NCBI GenBank assembly: GCA_964645485.1
Contig: CAZXZO010000002.1
Coordinates: 62,478-126,477 of the forward strand
DNA: 64,000 nt
Origin: an uncultured Candidatus Poseidoniales archaeon
Lineage (GTDB): Archaea; Thermoplasmatota; Poseidoniia; Poseidoniales; Thalassarchaeaceae
Direction: 5' to 3'
Shown here: in pieces, positions 55,845 to 64,000 of the stretch
Layout of the letters: each line of letters begins with the position of its first letter
How positions within the stretch are numbered: the first letter of the stretch is position 1
Notes under the pieces: model-generated
Told to the model about the DNA's origin: nothing
The model's input: only the letters and a program-made list of their open reading frames with translations
Database searches by the model: none
Program-made: the position numbers and the translations under genes

Positions 55845-57992
55845 ATGGCAGGAACAGCAGTTTACATCACTTGGGTAACTGCCTCTTTACTCGGCGGGAT
55901 TCTATTGATGCCGATTTTCCGTCCTGCTGGAAAACGAGTTACATTGGCTGGATTTGTTGATATGTTTCGCCGCTACTGGCTACATATTGCATTAGTTTTC
56001 AGCATCTATGTTTGGAAAGATTTGCTTGATGGCTTAGACCGTATTTTGATGGCTAATACCCACCTCAATATGACGCCATTTGTTTATGCTATTGAGGGCG
56101 ATTTAGTTTTGTTGGTCCAACAGACATTCCTCAATGAGATGTTGACTTTTGTCTTGACTCATTATTATGTTGCAGGTTATATGCTATTGACATATACGGC
56201 CTCACTCTATTTCACATATTTTGATGACCGCTGGATGGCAGATAGAGTCTTGTTATCGATGTTCTTTGTCTATGCGCTAGCAGTGCCCTTCTACCTATTC
56301 TTCAATGTTAGAGTGACGGGAGACCATATTCCTGAAATGGAAACTTTGGCCTATCACCTTACCCCGGAGATCCAAACTTGGTTCACGAGGATTGACCCGT
56401 TCACAAATGGCATGCCTAGTCTTCACATTGGTATTCCGTTCACTGTATGGTTGGGACTTCATCGTTGGGACCACGATGAAAGATGGAAGAAATATCGGCA
56501 ATTTGTCGGTGTCTATATCCTAGTCACAGCATTTACAATCATCTATCTTGGAATCCACTGGTTTGTTGACATCATTGGTGGGATAATTGTATCCTTCTTT
56601 GCGGTTAACTTAGCAGATAAGTATCATGCTTGGTTGTGGTATCGGTTTGATGAGAGAACTTTCAATGCCAGAGTTGCATGGTTGTTAGCAGATTTCAACA
56701 ATCCAAAACGAGTTCTATCTAGTTGGATTTCTAGATCATTAAATTGGTTGAAAACACCATCAACAGCACAAACTGGAACAGTCGTGATGTTGCTGCTAGC
56801 AACAACTGGAGGAGTGCTGTTGTATGATGCAACTCACCAAGATTTCCCAGCCGAGGGAGTAACTCATCCAGAAGCGGCTGCAGGTGCTGACGGCTGGTTA
56901 GTTGCACTTGATGCAAACGAAAATGGTAACTTAAGTGCGGTCATAATTGATATTGAAAACGATAGAACATATCACGATAGCCTCAATTTGAACGAGGATG
57001 GTAATCAATCACAATGGGGTGTTGTAAACGCGTCAACAGAAGTGTTGATTTCAGAAAATCATGCAATCGTTTGGCAAGGTTACAGGATAATTACTCTGAA
57101 GTTCTCAAATCCAGGCTCTCACGCCTATGGTAGGACGACAGGTCCACTGTACACCGACCTTGCTCTTCTCGATGACTCAGAAGATGAGCGAGCCAAGTTA
57201 TTCGCGATTGATGATGGTGTAGTAATTGACTTGCAAAGCACAGAATATAATGAGGTATTCACACCAATTCCTGATGATGATGTAATTCTCATTGATGGGG
57301 GTGGGAATAGTTTAGCTTGGGTTACCCAGAGTTCACCAATGACTGCCAATATCCTCTCACTAGATGGTGTGCAGAGTAGTCTATCTGTTGAAGTCAATGT
57401 TACTGTTGATTCAGCAAAAGATGAACAAGTGCTAGCACTCACTGGTACCAACGTTGACTACGTGAACGCGAGTATAACTGGAATTGCATTTGACAAAAAT
57501 CACATAGTAGCCGAGGTGAATTTGTCAGCAGTTAGCCGTTTAGTTTTGGTGAATCTTGATACGGGAGAGCAGCGAATTATCGGTGACCCTCTTTTCCCTG
57601 TAGCAAACCCTTCAATTGGCCATGGTGTGGTTGCTTGGCAACATAAGTGGGGGCTCAATTCAATAGACCCAAATAATGCTGAGTTAGACTGGGATGTGAA
57701 GTATCACATTATCTTGGAAAATCATTCCTATCAACTTCACACTGAGGATGAGTTGAACCAGACTGAGCCACAGGTCATGGAAGGATACATTGCTTGGCTA
57801 CAAGATAGTGGTGGTGAAGAACCACCAGAGGTGATAATTTACAGCCTTGAGGAAACATTTGAGCCGTATTCATCGCGAACTTTGCAAATAGCGATAATTG
57901 CTCTAATCCCTCTGTTATCTCTATGGATGATTCAAAAACAAAGAGAAAATTTGGATTCACTAGACGAAGATTCACCCGACGAAGAAGAATGA
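55845..57992 (+). CDS. PAP2-superfamily membrane domain fused to a beta-propeller-like ectodomain, terminal TM and -DEEE tail
   Basis: GMPSLHIG and GIHWFVDIIGG (PAP2 C2/C3-like). Recurrent (I/V)(A/V)W(Q/L) blade-like motifs in residues ~340-680. Confidence 0.72.
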   Translation: MAGTAVYITWVTASLLGGILLMPIFRPAGKRVTLAGFVDMFRRYWLHIALVFSIYVWKDLLDGLDRILMANTHLNMTPFVYAIEGDLVLLVQQTFLNEMLTFVLTHYYVAGYMLLTYTASLYFTYFDDRWMADRVLLSMFFVYALAVPFYLFFNVRVTGDHIPEMETLAYHLTPEIQTWFTRIDPFTNGMPSLHIGIPFTVWLGLHRWDHDERWKKYRQFVGVYILVTAFTIIYLGIHWFVDIIGGIIVSFFAVNLADKYHAWLWYRFDERTFNARVAWLLADFNNPKRVLSSWISRSLNWLKTPSTAQTGTVVMLLLATTGGVLLYDATHQDFPAEGVTHPEAAAGADGWLVALDANENGNLSAVIIDIENDRTYHDSLNLNEDGNQSQWGVVNASTEVLISENHAIVWQGYRIITLKFSNPGSHAYGRTTGPLYTDLALLDDSEDERAKLFAIDDGVVIDLQSTEYNEVFTPIPDDDVILIDGGGNSLAWVTQSSPMTANILSLDGVQSSLSVEVNVTVDSAKDEQVLALTGTNVDYVNASITGIAFDKNHIVAEVNLSAVSRLVLVNLDTGEQRIIGDPLFPVANPSIGHGVVAWQHKWGLNSIDPNNAELDWDVKYHIILENHSYQLHTEDELNQTEPQVMEGYIAWLQDSGGEEPPEVIIYSLEETFEPYSSRTLQIAIIALIPLLSLWMIQKQRENLDSLDEDSPDEEE

Positions 57993-58009
57993 TTCCTGAA
58001 CACCTGTCT

Positions 58010-59164
58010 TCAATTTGTAATTGAAAGCATACGATTGAGCGCCAAGATAGCATCATTGGCAATCGGCTCGGTAACAACAATTTGATTGGCTATGGTTCCA
58101 GCCACTAACGATTCTAAAACATCAGCCAAAAACGCGGGATGAATCATGTACATTGTTGAGCATGGACATACTCCTGGGTCTAAGCAGACAACTGTTTTGT
58201 CTGGGTATTGGGCATCCAATCTTTTGACTAGATGGATTTCAGTGCCAACACCAATGACCGAGCCACTGGGTGCATCAGCAACGAAACGGCGAATCATTTC
58301 AGTTGAACCAGATGCATCTGAAGCATCTACAACCGCTCGCTCACATTCAGGGTGAGCGATGACCAATGCATCGGGATTCTCTTTTCGAAGATTATCAATT
58401 TGCTCAACAGTGAAACGTTGGTGAACTGAGCAATAACCGTGCCAGAGCACGAATTTAGAGGTATTCAAGTCATTCCAGTTTGGTTGAGACATTGGATTCC
58501 ACACTGCCATATCATCCTCTTGGTATCCCATTGCTAATGCCGTGTTTCGGCCCAAATGTTGATCGGGGAAAAACAGTACTTTGCCATTTTCACCGGCTCT
58601 TTCTAAAGCCCATTCTAAGACTCCAGCAGCATTTGAGGAGGTACAAACTACACCACCATGGTGGCCGACAAATGCTTTGAGGTCAGCGCTTGAATTCATG
58701 TAAGTAACAGGTACTAGGTAGGCTTCTCCTTCTCCTGCAGGGCTATCTGGGTTTTCACGGATTGCCGGGTCATCAAGTTGGCACTCAGTTAGAAGTTCAT
58801 TCCAACAGGCCTCTACATCTGGTAAATCAGCCATGTCTGCCATTGAACATCCTGCTCTGACATTTGGCATCACAACTTTTTGTCCTTCTGAAGTCAGGAT
58901 GTCAGCCGACTCAGCCATGAAGTGAACTCCACAGAATACTATGTATTCAGCCTTGGAGTCTGCTGCTTTTCTTGCAAGAAGAAATGAATCTCCAGTTTCA
59001 TCTGCATGTTCAACGATTGAATCACGTTGGTAATGATGTCCTAAAATCATCACTTTGTCGCCAAGTTGCTGTTTTGCTGCCAATATTCGTTGACGAGTAA
59101 TAGCCGAATCAGCATCTGATTCATCATCATTGATTGAGCAAATGGCCAGCGGTAGGCTCTGCAT
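58010..59164 (-). CDS. nadA: Quinolinate synthase
   Basis: FCGVHFMAESA, VVCTSSNA, and HPECE motifs. Confidence 0.93.
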   Translation of the reverse strand: MQSLPLAICSINDDESDADSAITRQRILAAKQQLGDKVMILGHHYQRDSIVEHADETGDSFLLARKAADSKAEYIVFCGVHFMAESADILTSEGQKVVMPNVRAGCSMADMADLPDVEACWNELLTECQLDDPAIRENPDSPAGEGEAYLVPVTYMNSSADLKAFVGHHGGVVCTSSNAAGVLEWALERAGENGKVLFFPDQHLGRNTALAMGYQEDDMAVWNPMSQPNWNDLNTSKFVLWHGYCSVHQRFTVEQIDNLRKENPDALVIAHPECERAVVDASDASGSTEMIRRFVADAPSGSVIGVGTEIHLVKRLDAQYPDKTVVCLDPGVCPCSTMYMIHPAFLADVLESLVAGTIANQIVVTEPIANDAILALNRMLSITN

Positions 59165-59255
59165 TCAACCACTTCCGGGATAACTACCGGTCGCCGCCAC
59201 CGCTTTGAATGCATCCATTATCCGGAACCATGTCGGAAAAGGGTGGAAGAGCGTA

Positions 59256-59924
59256 ATGTTGGCTTGGGAACAGGGAAAAATCATCCATGTAGGCGCTGAG
59301 GCTGAAGTTTCTGATGGACATTACTTGGGCTTAGCAGCAGTGCGAAAATTGAGGCGTCCTAGAGGGTATCGCGACCCGGCTCTTGACCGGAGACTGACAA
59401 ATCATCGAATGGCAGCCGAAGCCAAAATGCTAGGCCGTTTGTCCAATTCAGGATTGCCAGTGCCTCATCTTTTAGCATGCGAGATGAGTAATGGTACAAT
59501 GATACAATCATTAGTCCAAGGCTCCCCACTTGTTGGTGTTCTGAGAGATGGTAAATGTGATGTTCAAAACATACTGCATGAGGTTGGAAAAGTCATTCGG
59601 AAACTCCATTCAGTTGGGGCTGTACATGGGGATTTAACTACCAATAACATACTTTGGGACAGTGAAATAGGGGTTTCTCTAATCGATTTTGGACTTTCCC
59701 AATCAACTACTGAAGTTGAGAGAATGGGTCTTGATTTACAAGTGCTTAGCGAGTGTTTAGGTGCTAGTCACCCAGAGCACGAAAATGCGCTGGAATGGGT
59801 TTTTGAGGGTTATAATAGTGCAGAAAATCTCCCCTATACCGGTTCAGATTCGCCTCCCGTCAAAAGTGAAGAAGTCATCAACCGATACAACGCCATACGT
59901 TCTAGGGTTCGTTATCACTCTTAG
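59256..59924 (+). CDS. bud32: Bud32 (Kae1-associated) atypical protein kinase
   Basis: GAEAEV, HGDLTTNNILW, and LIDFGLS. Confidence 0.85.
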   Translation: MLAWEQGKIIHVGAEAEVSDGHYLGLAAVRKLRRPRGYRDPALDRRLTNHRMAAEAKMLGRLSNSGLPVPHLLACEMSNGTMIQSLVQGSPLVGVLRDGKCDVQNILHEVGKVIRKLHSVGAVHGDLTTNNILWDSEIGVSLIDFGLSQSTTEVERMGLDLQVLSECLGASHPEHENALEWVFEGYNSAENLPYTGSDSPPVKSEEVINRYNAIRSRVRYHS

Positions 59925-59929
59925 TGCAT

Positions 59930-60304
59930 TCAACTGAATAGCATTGGAATGTATCTCCAACCAATGAAGGCTGAGAGCGGACAGAGTGCGAAGTTAGCCA
60001 TCATGTAACCTGCTGCTGGCAGATGTTTTCCTGAGTCAATGAGTTGAATCACATCAATGCTGAAGGTTGACATTGTAGTGAAGGCACCCAAAGCGCCAGT
60101 TCCAACAAGCAGAAGAATTTCAGGTGAAATTTGTTCATTCGTAATTGAAAGAGCTATTAACACACCTAGAAGAAATGAACCAAGCACATTCACTGCCAAG
60201 GTACTCCACGGGAATTCACTTGGAACCCACTCCGACATGGCGTAACGGGCAACCGCTCCAAACGCGCCTCCTAGCGCAACTAAGAACAGTGATTTCGGCT
60301 CCAT
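59930..60304 (-). CDS. crcB: Fluoride channel CrcB/FluC
   Basis: GGAFGAVARY, NVLGSFLLG, and GAFTTMSTFS. I moved the start to the ATG at 60304 (124 aa). The longer ORF would overlap the next gene. Confidence 0.88.
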   Translation of the reverse strand: MEPKSLFLVALGGAFGAVARYAMSEWVPSEFPWSTLAVNVLGSFLLGVLIALSITNEQISPEILLLVGTGALGAFTTMSTFSIDVIQLIDSGKHLPAAGYMMANFALCPLSAFIGWRYIPMLFS

Positions 60305-60376
60305 ATTAGGGGGCCACCATCTGTCACTCTTTGATATTGACGAATCAATAACTCCCGGAACTATCAACCGCATGGA

Positions 60377-60988
60377 GTGTTTGGGACAGTCGTGAAGCGA
60401 CTCCTGTTCCTGACTGGTAACGCGGGTAAGTTGGCTGAGGCTAGCCATTTTTTTGAACCGCTTGGATACCATGTGGAACAGTTCCTCATAGATGGTGAGG
60501 TTCCTGTTGTCGTAGAGCCGCAATCAGACAATTTGAAGGATGTTGCAATCGCAAAAATTGAACAAGCAAAAGCATTGTTAAATCAAAGTGGCCAAAATGC
60601 CGCAATCTTTGTCGAAGATGCGGGTCTTTTTATTGATGAATTAGGTGGATTTCCTGGTGTAAATTCAGCCTCAGTCTTAACCCAAATTGGCCTTTCAGGA
60701 ATTCTCAAATTGATGTCAGATGTAGCCAATCGCGGGGCAGAATTTCGCGCGAAAGCAGTACTATTTACTGGTGAAGAATTAGTGTTCGGTGAAGGGATTT
60801 GCCGTGGCACAATAACTACTGAAACACTTGGTGAGTTTGGTTTTGGTTATGACCCAATTTTTACGCCAGATGGAGAGGCTTCAGGTAGTACTTTTGGGCA
60901 GATGGATAAGTCTGCAAAAGAGGCATTTTCACATCGGGCAAAAGCCCTTGAAAGCATAAAAAAGCAGTTGGATTTGCTTGGGCGATGA
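60377..60988 (+). CDS. rdgB: Non-canonical purine NTP pyrophosphatase (HAM1/RdgB/ITPase)
   Basis: LLFLTGNAGKLAEA, EDAGLFIDELGGFPG, and GFGYDPIF. GTG starts at 60377 or 60392. Confidence 0.9.
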   Translation: MFGTVVKRLLFLTGNAGKLAEASHFFEPLGYHVEQFLIDGEVPVVVEPQSDNLKDVAIAKIEQAKALLNQSGQNAAIFVEDAGLFIDELGGFPGVNSASVLTQIGLSGILKLMSDVANRGAEFRAKAVLFTGEELVFGEGICRGTITTETLGEFGFGYDPIFTPDGEASGSTFGQMDKSAKEAFSHRAKALESIKKQLDLLGR

Positions 60989-61039
60989 GCCGTCATAGTG
61001 AAAGAGGGGTCGCATCTGCTCGCGTGTAGAGGGGAAGGC

Positions 61040-61894
61040 ATGTCGTTTGGCCGTGTACTATTGTATCTTGCATTATTGTTCGGTATTGTCTTCCAATTAT
61101 TCCTTTCAGGGGAGTGGGAAAGTGAGTTGTACGGGTACATCTTCACTGGTTCACTATTGTTGCTCGCTGCTGGTCTGCTAATGACGGGTGGAAAGCCGAA
61201 AAAGAAAAAACCGCGTAACCGTCAAGTGAGTTCTAAACCAGATGAAAAGCAAGATGAATTTGAGTTACCAGAAGCAGTCGTTGAAGATGAGGATGGTGGA
61301 AGCCGTCGCGACAGAAAAGTCGCAGCCTCATCCGAATCAACTTCATCGTCATCTGATGAAATAGAGGATGATGTAATCCAACTAGAAGATGATGCAATCG
61401 AAGAAGAAGTGCATGTCGCTGAGGAATATGTTGTAGACATCAGTGCGGAACAAGTTGAAGAGGCTGATATCGAAGAATTTGTTGAGGAACGTCGCGGTCA
61501 ACGGGCCGAAATCAAGGCTCGAATTGAGATGCGCAGGAGAGGACAGTTGGCTGAGATTCGGGCATCCGCCGCGCGCATGTGGTCGAAGCAAGATGAAGGT
61601 GAAGATCTGTTAGCAACTCTTGCTAAGCCAGGTCACGGTCTAACAGTCCTTGACGAGCCAGAACAAGTTGACCCTGGTCATCCATATGGGGCAACATACG
61701 TGAGAGTAGATAATGCTCGAGTTCTCAAATTGCGAATTCCGCTAGACACTGGTTTTGTCGCAGCCACCGAATTAGAAGAAGAGGTTGAGGTAGAAATCAG
61801 TGAATTACCTCCTCCCCCAGAAGGACTTCCACTCCCACCCCCTCCAACAGTCAGTCAATCCAAGTTAGATGCTATGAGAGAAGAAATCGGGTGA
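61040..61894 (+). CDS. Two-TM anchored, highly charged/acidic protein, unknown function
   Basis: MSFGRVLLYLALLFGIVFQ and a second helix, a KKKKPRNR stop-transfer, then an E/D-rich domain. Confidence 0.6.
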   Translation: MSFGRVLLYLALLFGIVFQLFLSGEWESELYGYIFTGSLLLLAAGLLMTGGKPKKKKPRNRQVSSKPDEKQDEFELPEAVVEDEDGGSRRDRKVAASSESTSSSSDEIEDDVIQLEDDAIEEEVHVAEEYVVDISAEQVEEADIEEFVEERRGQRAEIKARIEMRRRGQLAEIRASAARMWSKQDEGEDLLATLAKPGHGLTVLDEPEQVDPGHPYGATYVRVDNARVLKLRIPLDTGFVAATELEEEVEVEISELPPPPEGLPLPPPPTVSQSKLDAMREEIG

Positions 61895-61898
61895 TAAT

Positions 61899-62732
61899 AT
61901 GTCTGAATCTCTCATAATTGAAAGAGTTGCAATTGAAGGTTCCTTTCCTGTCGGTGGGGTGGTTGAAATTTGGACAATCAATCGGCCGGGCAAGTTGAAT
62001 GCTCTGAACAGTGAAGTTGTAGCCGATTTGAAAGCCGCTTGTAATAATGCTGAAAATGATGATGAAGTCAGAGTTGTAGTGATTCGTGGTGCCAGCCCTG
62101 AACCAGTTGGCGAAGGTGAAAGGCAAAAGCCACCAGCATTTGTAGCAGGGGCTGACATAACCGAATTTGTCGGCAAGAATTCAAAAGAAATCCGACCAAG
62201 TTTTGAGAATAATGCTTGGGAAGCGATTTGGAATTTATCCAAACCCACCATCGCTTCTATTGATGGATTTGCATTAGGGGGTGGCAGCGAAATCGCATTA
62301 TCATGTGATTTACGAGTCGCCTCAACACGTTCAAATTTCGGCACTCCAGAGATCAACCTTGGATTAATCCCAGGAGGCGGGGCAACCCAACGATTAGCGA
62401 GATTACTCGGCTATGGAAAAGCGATTGAAATGGTAATGACAGGTGAGATGGTTTCGGCTACAGAAGCCTACCGAATCGGTCTTGTCAATCGACTTTGTGA
62501 GCCCGAGGAATTACAAAACACAACAATGCAACTCGCCACTACATTAGCAACAAAATCACCTCTCACTCTCAAATCGGCGAAGATGGCTGTAAGAGGTGCA
62601 CTAGAACGGGGCATGGCAGACGGCCTAGAGTATGAAAGAGACATATTCTGTGCATTGTTTGACACGGAAGATATGGAGATTGGTGTAAACGCATTTGTTA
62701 ACCGAGAGAACCCTGAATGGAAAGGTCTCTGA
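61899..62732 (+). CDS. Enoyl-CoA hydratase/isomerase (crotonase) family
   Basis: FVAGADI and GFALGGGSEIALSCD. Confidence 0.9.
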   Translation: MSESLIIERVAIEGSFPVGGVVEIWTINRPGKLNALNSEVVADLKAACNNAENDDEVRVVVIRGASPEPVGEGERQKPPAFVAGADITEFVGKNSKEIRPSFENNAWEAIWNLSKPTIASIDGFALGGGSEIALSCDLRVASTRSNFGTPEINLGLIPGGGATQRLARLLGYGKAIEMVMTGEMVSATEAYRIGLVNRLCEPEELQNTTMQLATTLATKSPLTLKSAKMAVRGALERGMADGLEYERDIFCALFDTEDMEIGVNAFVNRENPEWKGL

Positions 62733-62749
62733 ATTGAGGAGGGTAAATC

Positions 62750-63520
62750 TTGTCGGATAGCGATATACCATTAGTTGAGGCAAAAGACCTTGGAAAGGCA
62801 TTTGGCGATTTTGTCGCTCTCCATCCATTGAATGTCAAGGTGGCAGCGGGAGAATTTTTCGGAGTTTTCGGCCCCAATGGAGCAGGTAAATCCACTTTCA
62901 TCAAGTTGCTCACAGGTCAACTTAGACCAACTATGGGTGGTGCTAGAGTTTTGGGAATTAATGTTAGAGCAGACCCAAGAATGGTGAAGGCTAATGTTGG
63001 AATTGTTCCTGAATCAGAAAGCCCACCATCATTTCTCACAGCCGCCGAATATCTTGAATTCGTGGCTCGCCTGCGAAACTTAGATGAGATTCCAGAAAAA
63101 GTTACCCATTGGCTAGATTGGTTTGGTATTCTAGACAAGCGAAACACCTTGTGCAAAGATTTGTCAAAAGGACAACGCCAAAAAGTAATGCTCGCTGGTG
63201 CATTTATCCATAACCCCAAGTTACTTTTCCTAGACGAACCATTCGTCAACCTCGACCCAATTTATCAGCGAAAGTGCCGTAATCTTTTGATGGAAATAGT
63301 TGCTGACGGGGGCACAATTTTTCTCTGCACTCATATTCTTGAAGTCGCTGAAAGAGTGTGTACAAGAGTGGCTGTTATCGACCGAGGACATGTGCTTGCA
63401 GCGGGAAGCATTGATGAATTGAAAGACAATGATGATGAGACTCTTGAGGATGTTTTCATCAGACTTGTGGGGTCATCATTTGATGAAATCGAGGCGATGG
63501 AAGGGAGTGAGGAGGAGTGA
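62750..63520 (+). CDS. ABC transporter ATP-binding protein (ABC-2 type)
   Basis: GPNGAGKST, LSKGQRQK, and LLFLDEP. Ends GSEEE. Confidence 0.9.
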   Translation: MSDSDIPLVEAKDLGKAFGDFVALHPLNVKVAAGEFFGVFGPNGAGKSTFIKLLTGQLRPTMGGARVLGINVRADPRMVKANVGIVPESESPPSFLTAAEYLEFVARLRNLDEIPEKVTHWLDWFGILDKRNTLCKDLSKGQRQKVMLAGAFIHNPKLLFLDEPFVNLDPIYQRKCRNLLMEIVADGGTIFLCTHILEVAERVCTRVAVIDRGHVLAAGSIDELKDNDDETLEDVFIRLVGSSFDEIEAMEGSEEE

Positions 63521-63522
63521 CG

Positions 63523-64000
63523 GTGATCACCGATTATCGTCCACCACAACTTGCAGATTCATTTTGGGTTACTTTCAGAATGATGTTCAAGGAAGAGTGG
63601 CGACAGGCTGTTGACTTTTCTCGCCGACGTCACATTGCACTTTTTCCTGTAATGCTAGCATTGTTGTCAATGATTTTGACAGTAGGGTTGAGGTATCTAA
63701 CTGGTGAAGTTCTCGTTTCATCAGATACTGAAAGCCAAGCGTTTACTTGGGACCAATTGAAATTATACATGCATGGTGGAATCTTTGCATTTTCTCTATC
63801 AATGGGGTCATTTGCATTTATTGGAAGAGTGATGGTTTCTCAACGAGCAGGTGGCAAAAATTTCTTGCTTGCAATTCCTGCAGTACAACCACTAGATTTG
63901 GTTACGAATTACTTTGCATATTACTCAAAGGAAGTCTCATACTATGTTTTGATGCTCTTAGTTCCTACAATTATAGGCATGGCAGGAGGGATTTTACTAG
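63523..64000 (+). CDS. Membrane protein, probable permease partner of the ABC ATPase (partial, runs off the window)
   Basis: GTG at 63523, 2 nt after the ATPase stop. The frame is open to the window end and contains hydrophobic helices. Confidence 0.6.
   Translation, partial: MITDYRPPQLADSFWVTFRMMFKEEWRQAVDFSRRRHIALFPVMLALLSMILTVGLRYLTGEVLVSSDTESQAFTWDQLKLYMHGGIFAFSLSMGSFAFIGRVMVSQRAGGKNFLLAIPAVQPLDLVTNYFAYYSKEVSYYVLMLLVPTIIGMAGGILL

Noticed and set aside
60305-60523. N-terminal 73 aa extension of the CrcB ORF
   Set aside because: It overlaps the HAM1/RdgB gene on the other strand. CrcB homologues are about 120-130 aa, and the internal ATG at 60304 gives a canonical length.

Overview
This is a gene-dense window, about 90% coding, from an archaeal chromosome. 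The archaeal assignment rests on the L7Ae-S28e-L24e-NDK-aIF5B cluster and on deoxyhypusine synthase, Hjc, Bud32, geranylgeranyl reductase and a presenilin-type protease. Bacterial-type genes are mixed in: UvrB, RimK, CcmF and a methylcrotonyl-CoA carboxylase cluster. The mix of large surface proteins, acidic proteins and moderate GC suggests an uncultivated marine Thermoplasmatota/Marine Group II-like organism, but that is inference only. I support about 55 CDS, two tRNAs (Ile-GAU on the minus strand, Gly-CCC on the plus strand), two in-frame coding repeat tracts and one unusually large AT-rich intergenic region. I found no CRISPR array, transposase, integrase or rRNA. The signals most worth follow-up are: (1) seven unrelated proteins end in -EEE-COOH, and the window also encodes a clear RimK-type C-terminal glutamate ligase whose bacterial substrate (bS6) archaea lack; (2) a 0.5 kb intergenic region is packed with CAATTG palindromes, with exact GACGGATAAT 10-mers that recur in other intergenic regions, and with GTTT(T)CCAA repeats; (3) a presenilin-family intramembrane protease carries a ~370 aa ectodomain inserted between TM helices; (4) an extended Hjc resolvase lies divergent from an RNase-H-fold (GIDPG / DERRTS) protein; (5) a ParA-RHH-small ORF cassette; (6) a 1,685-1,701 aa surface protein lies beside a Sec11-type signal peptidase and an S2P protease. 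All functional calls come from motifs recognised by eye. No database search was run.
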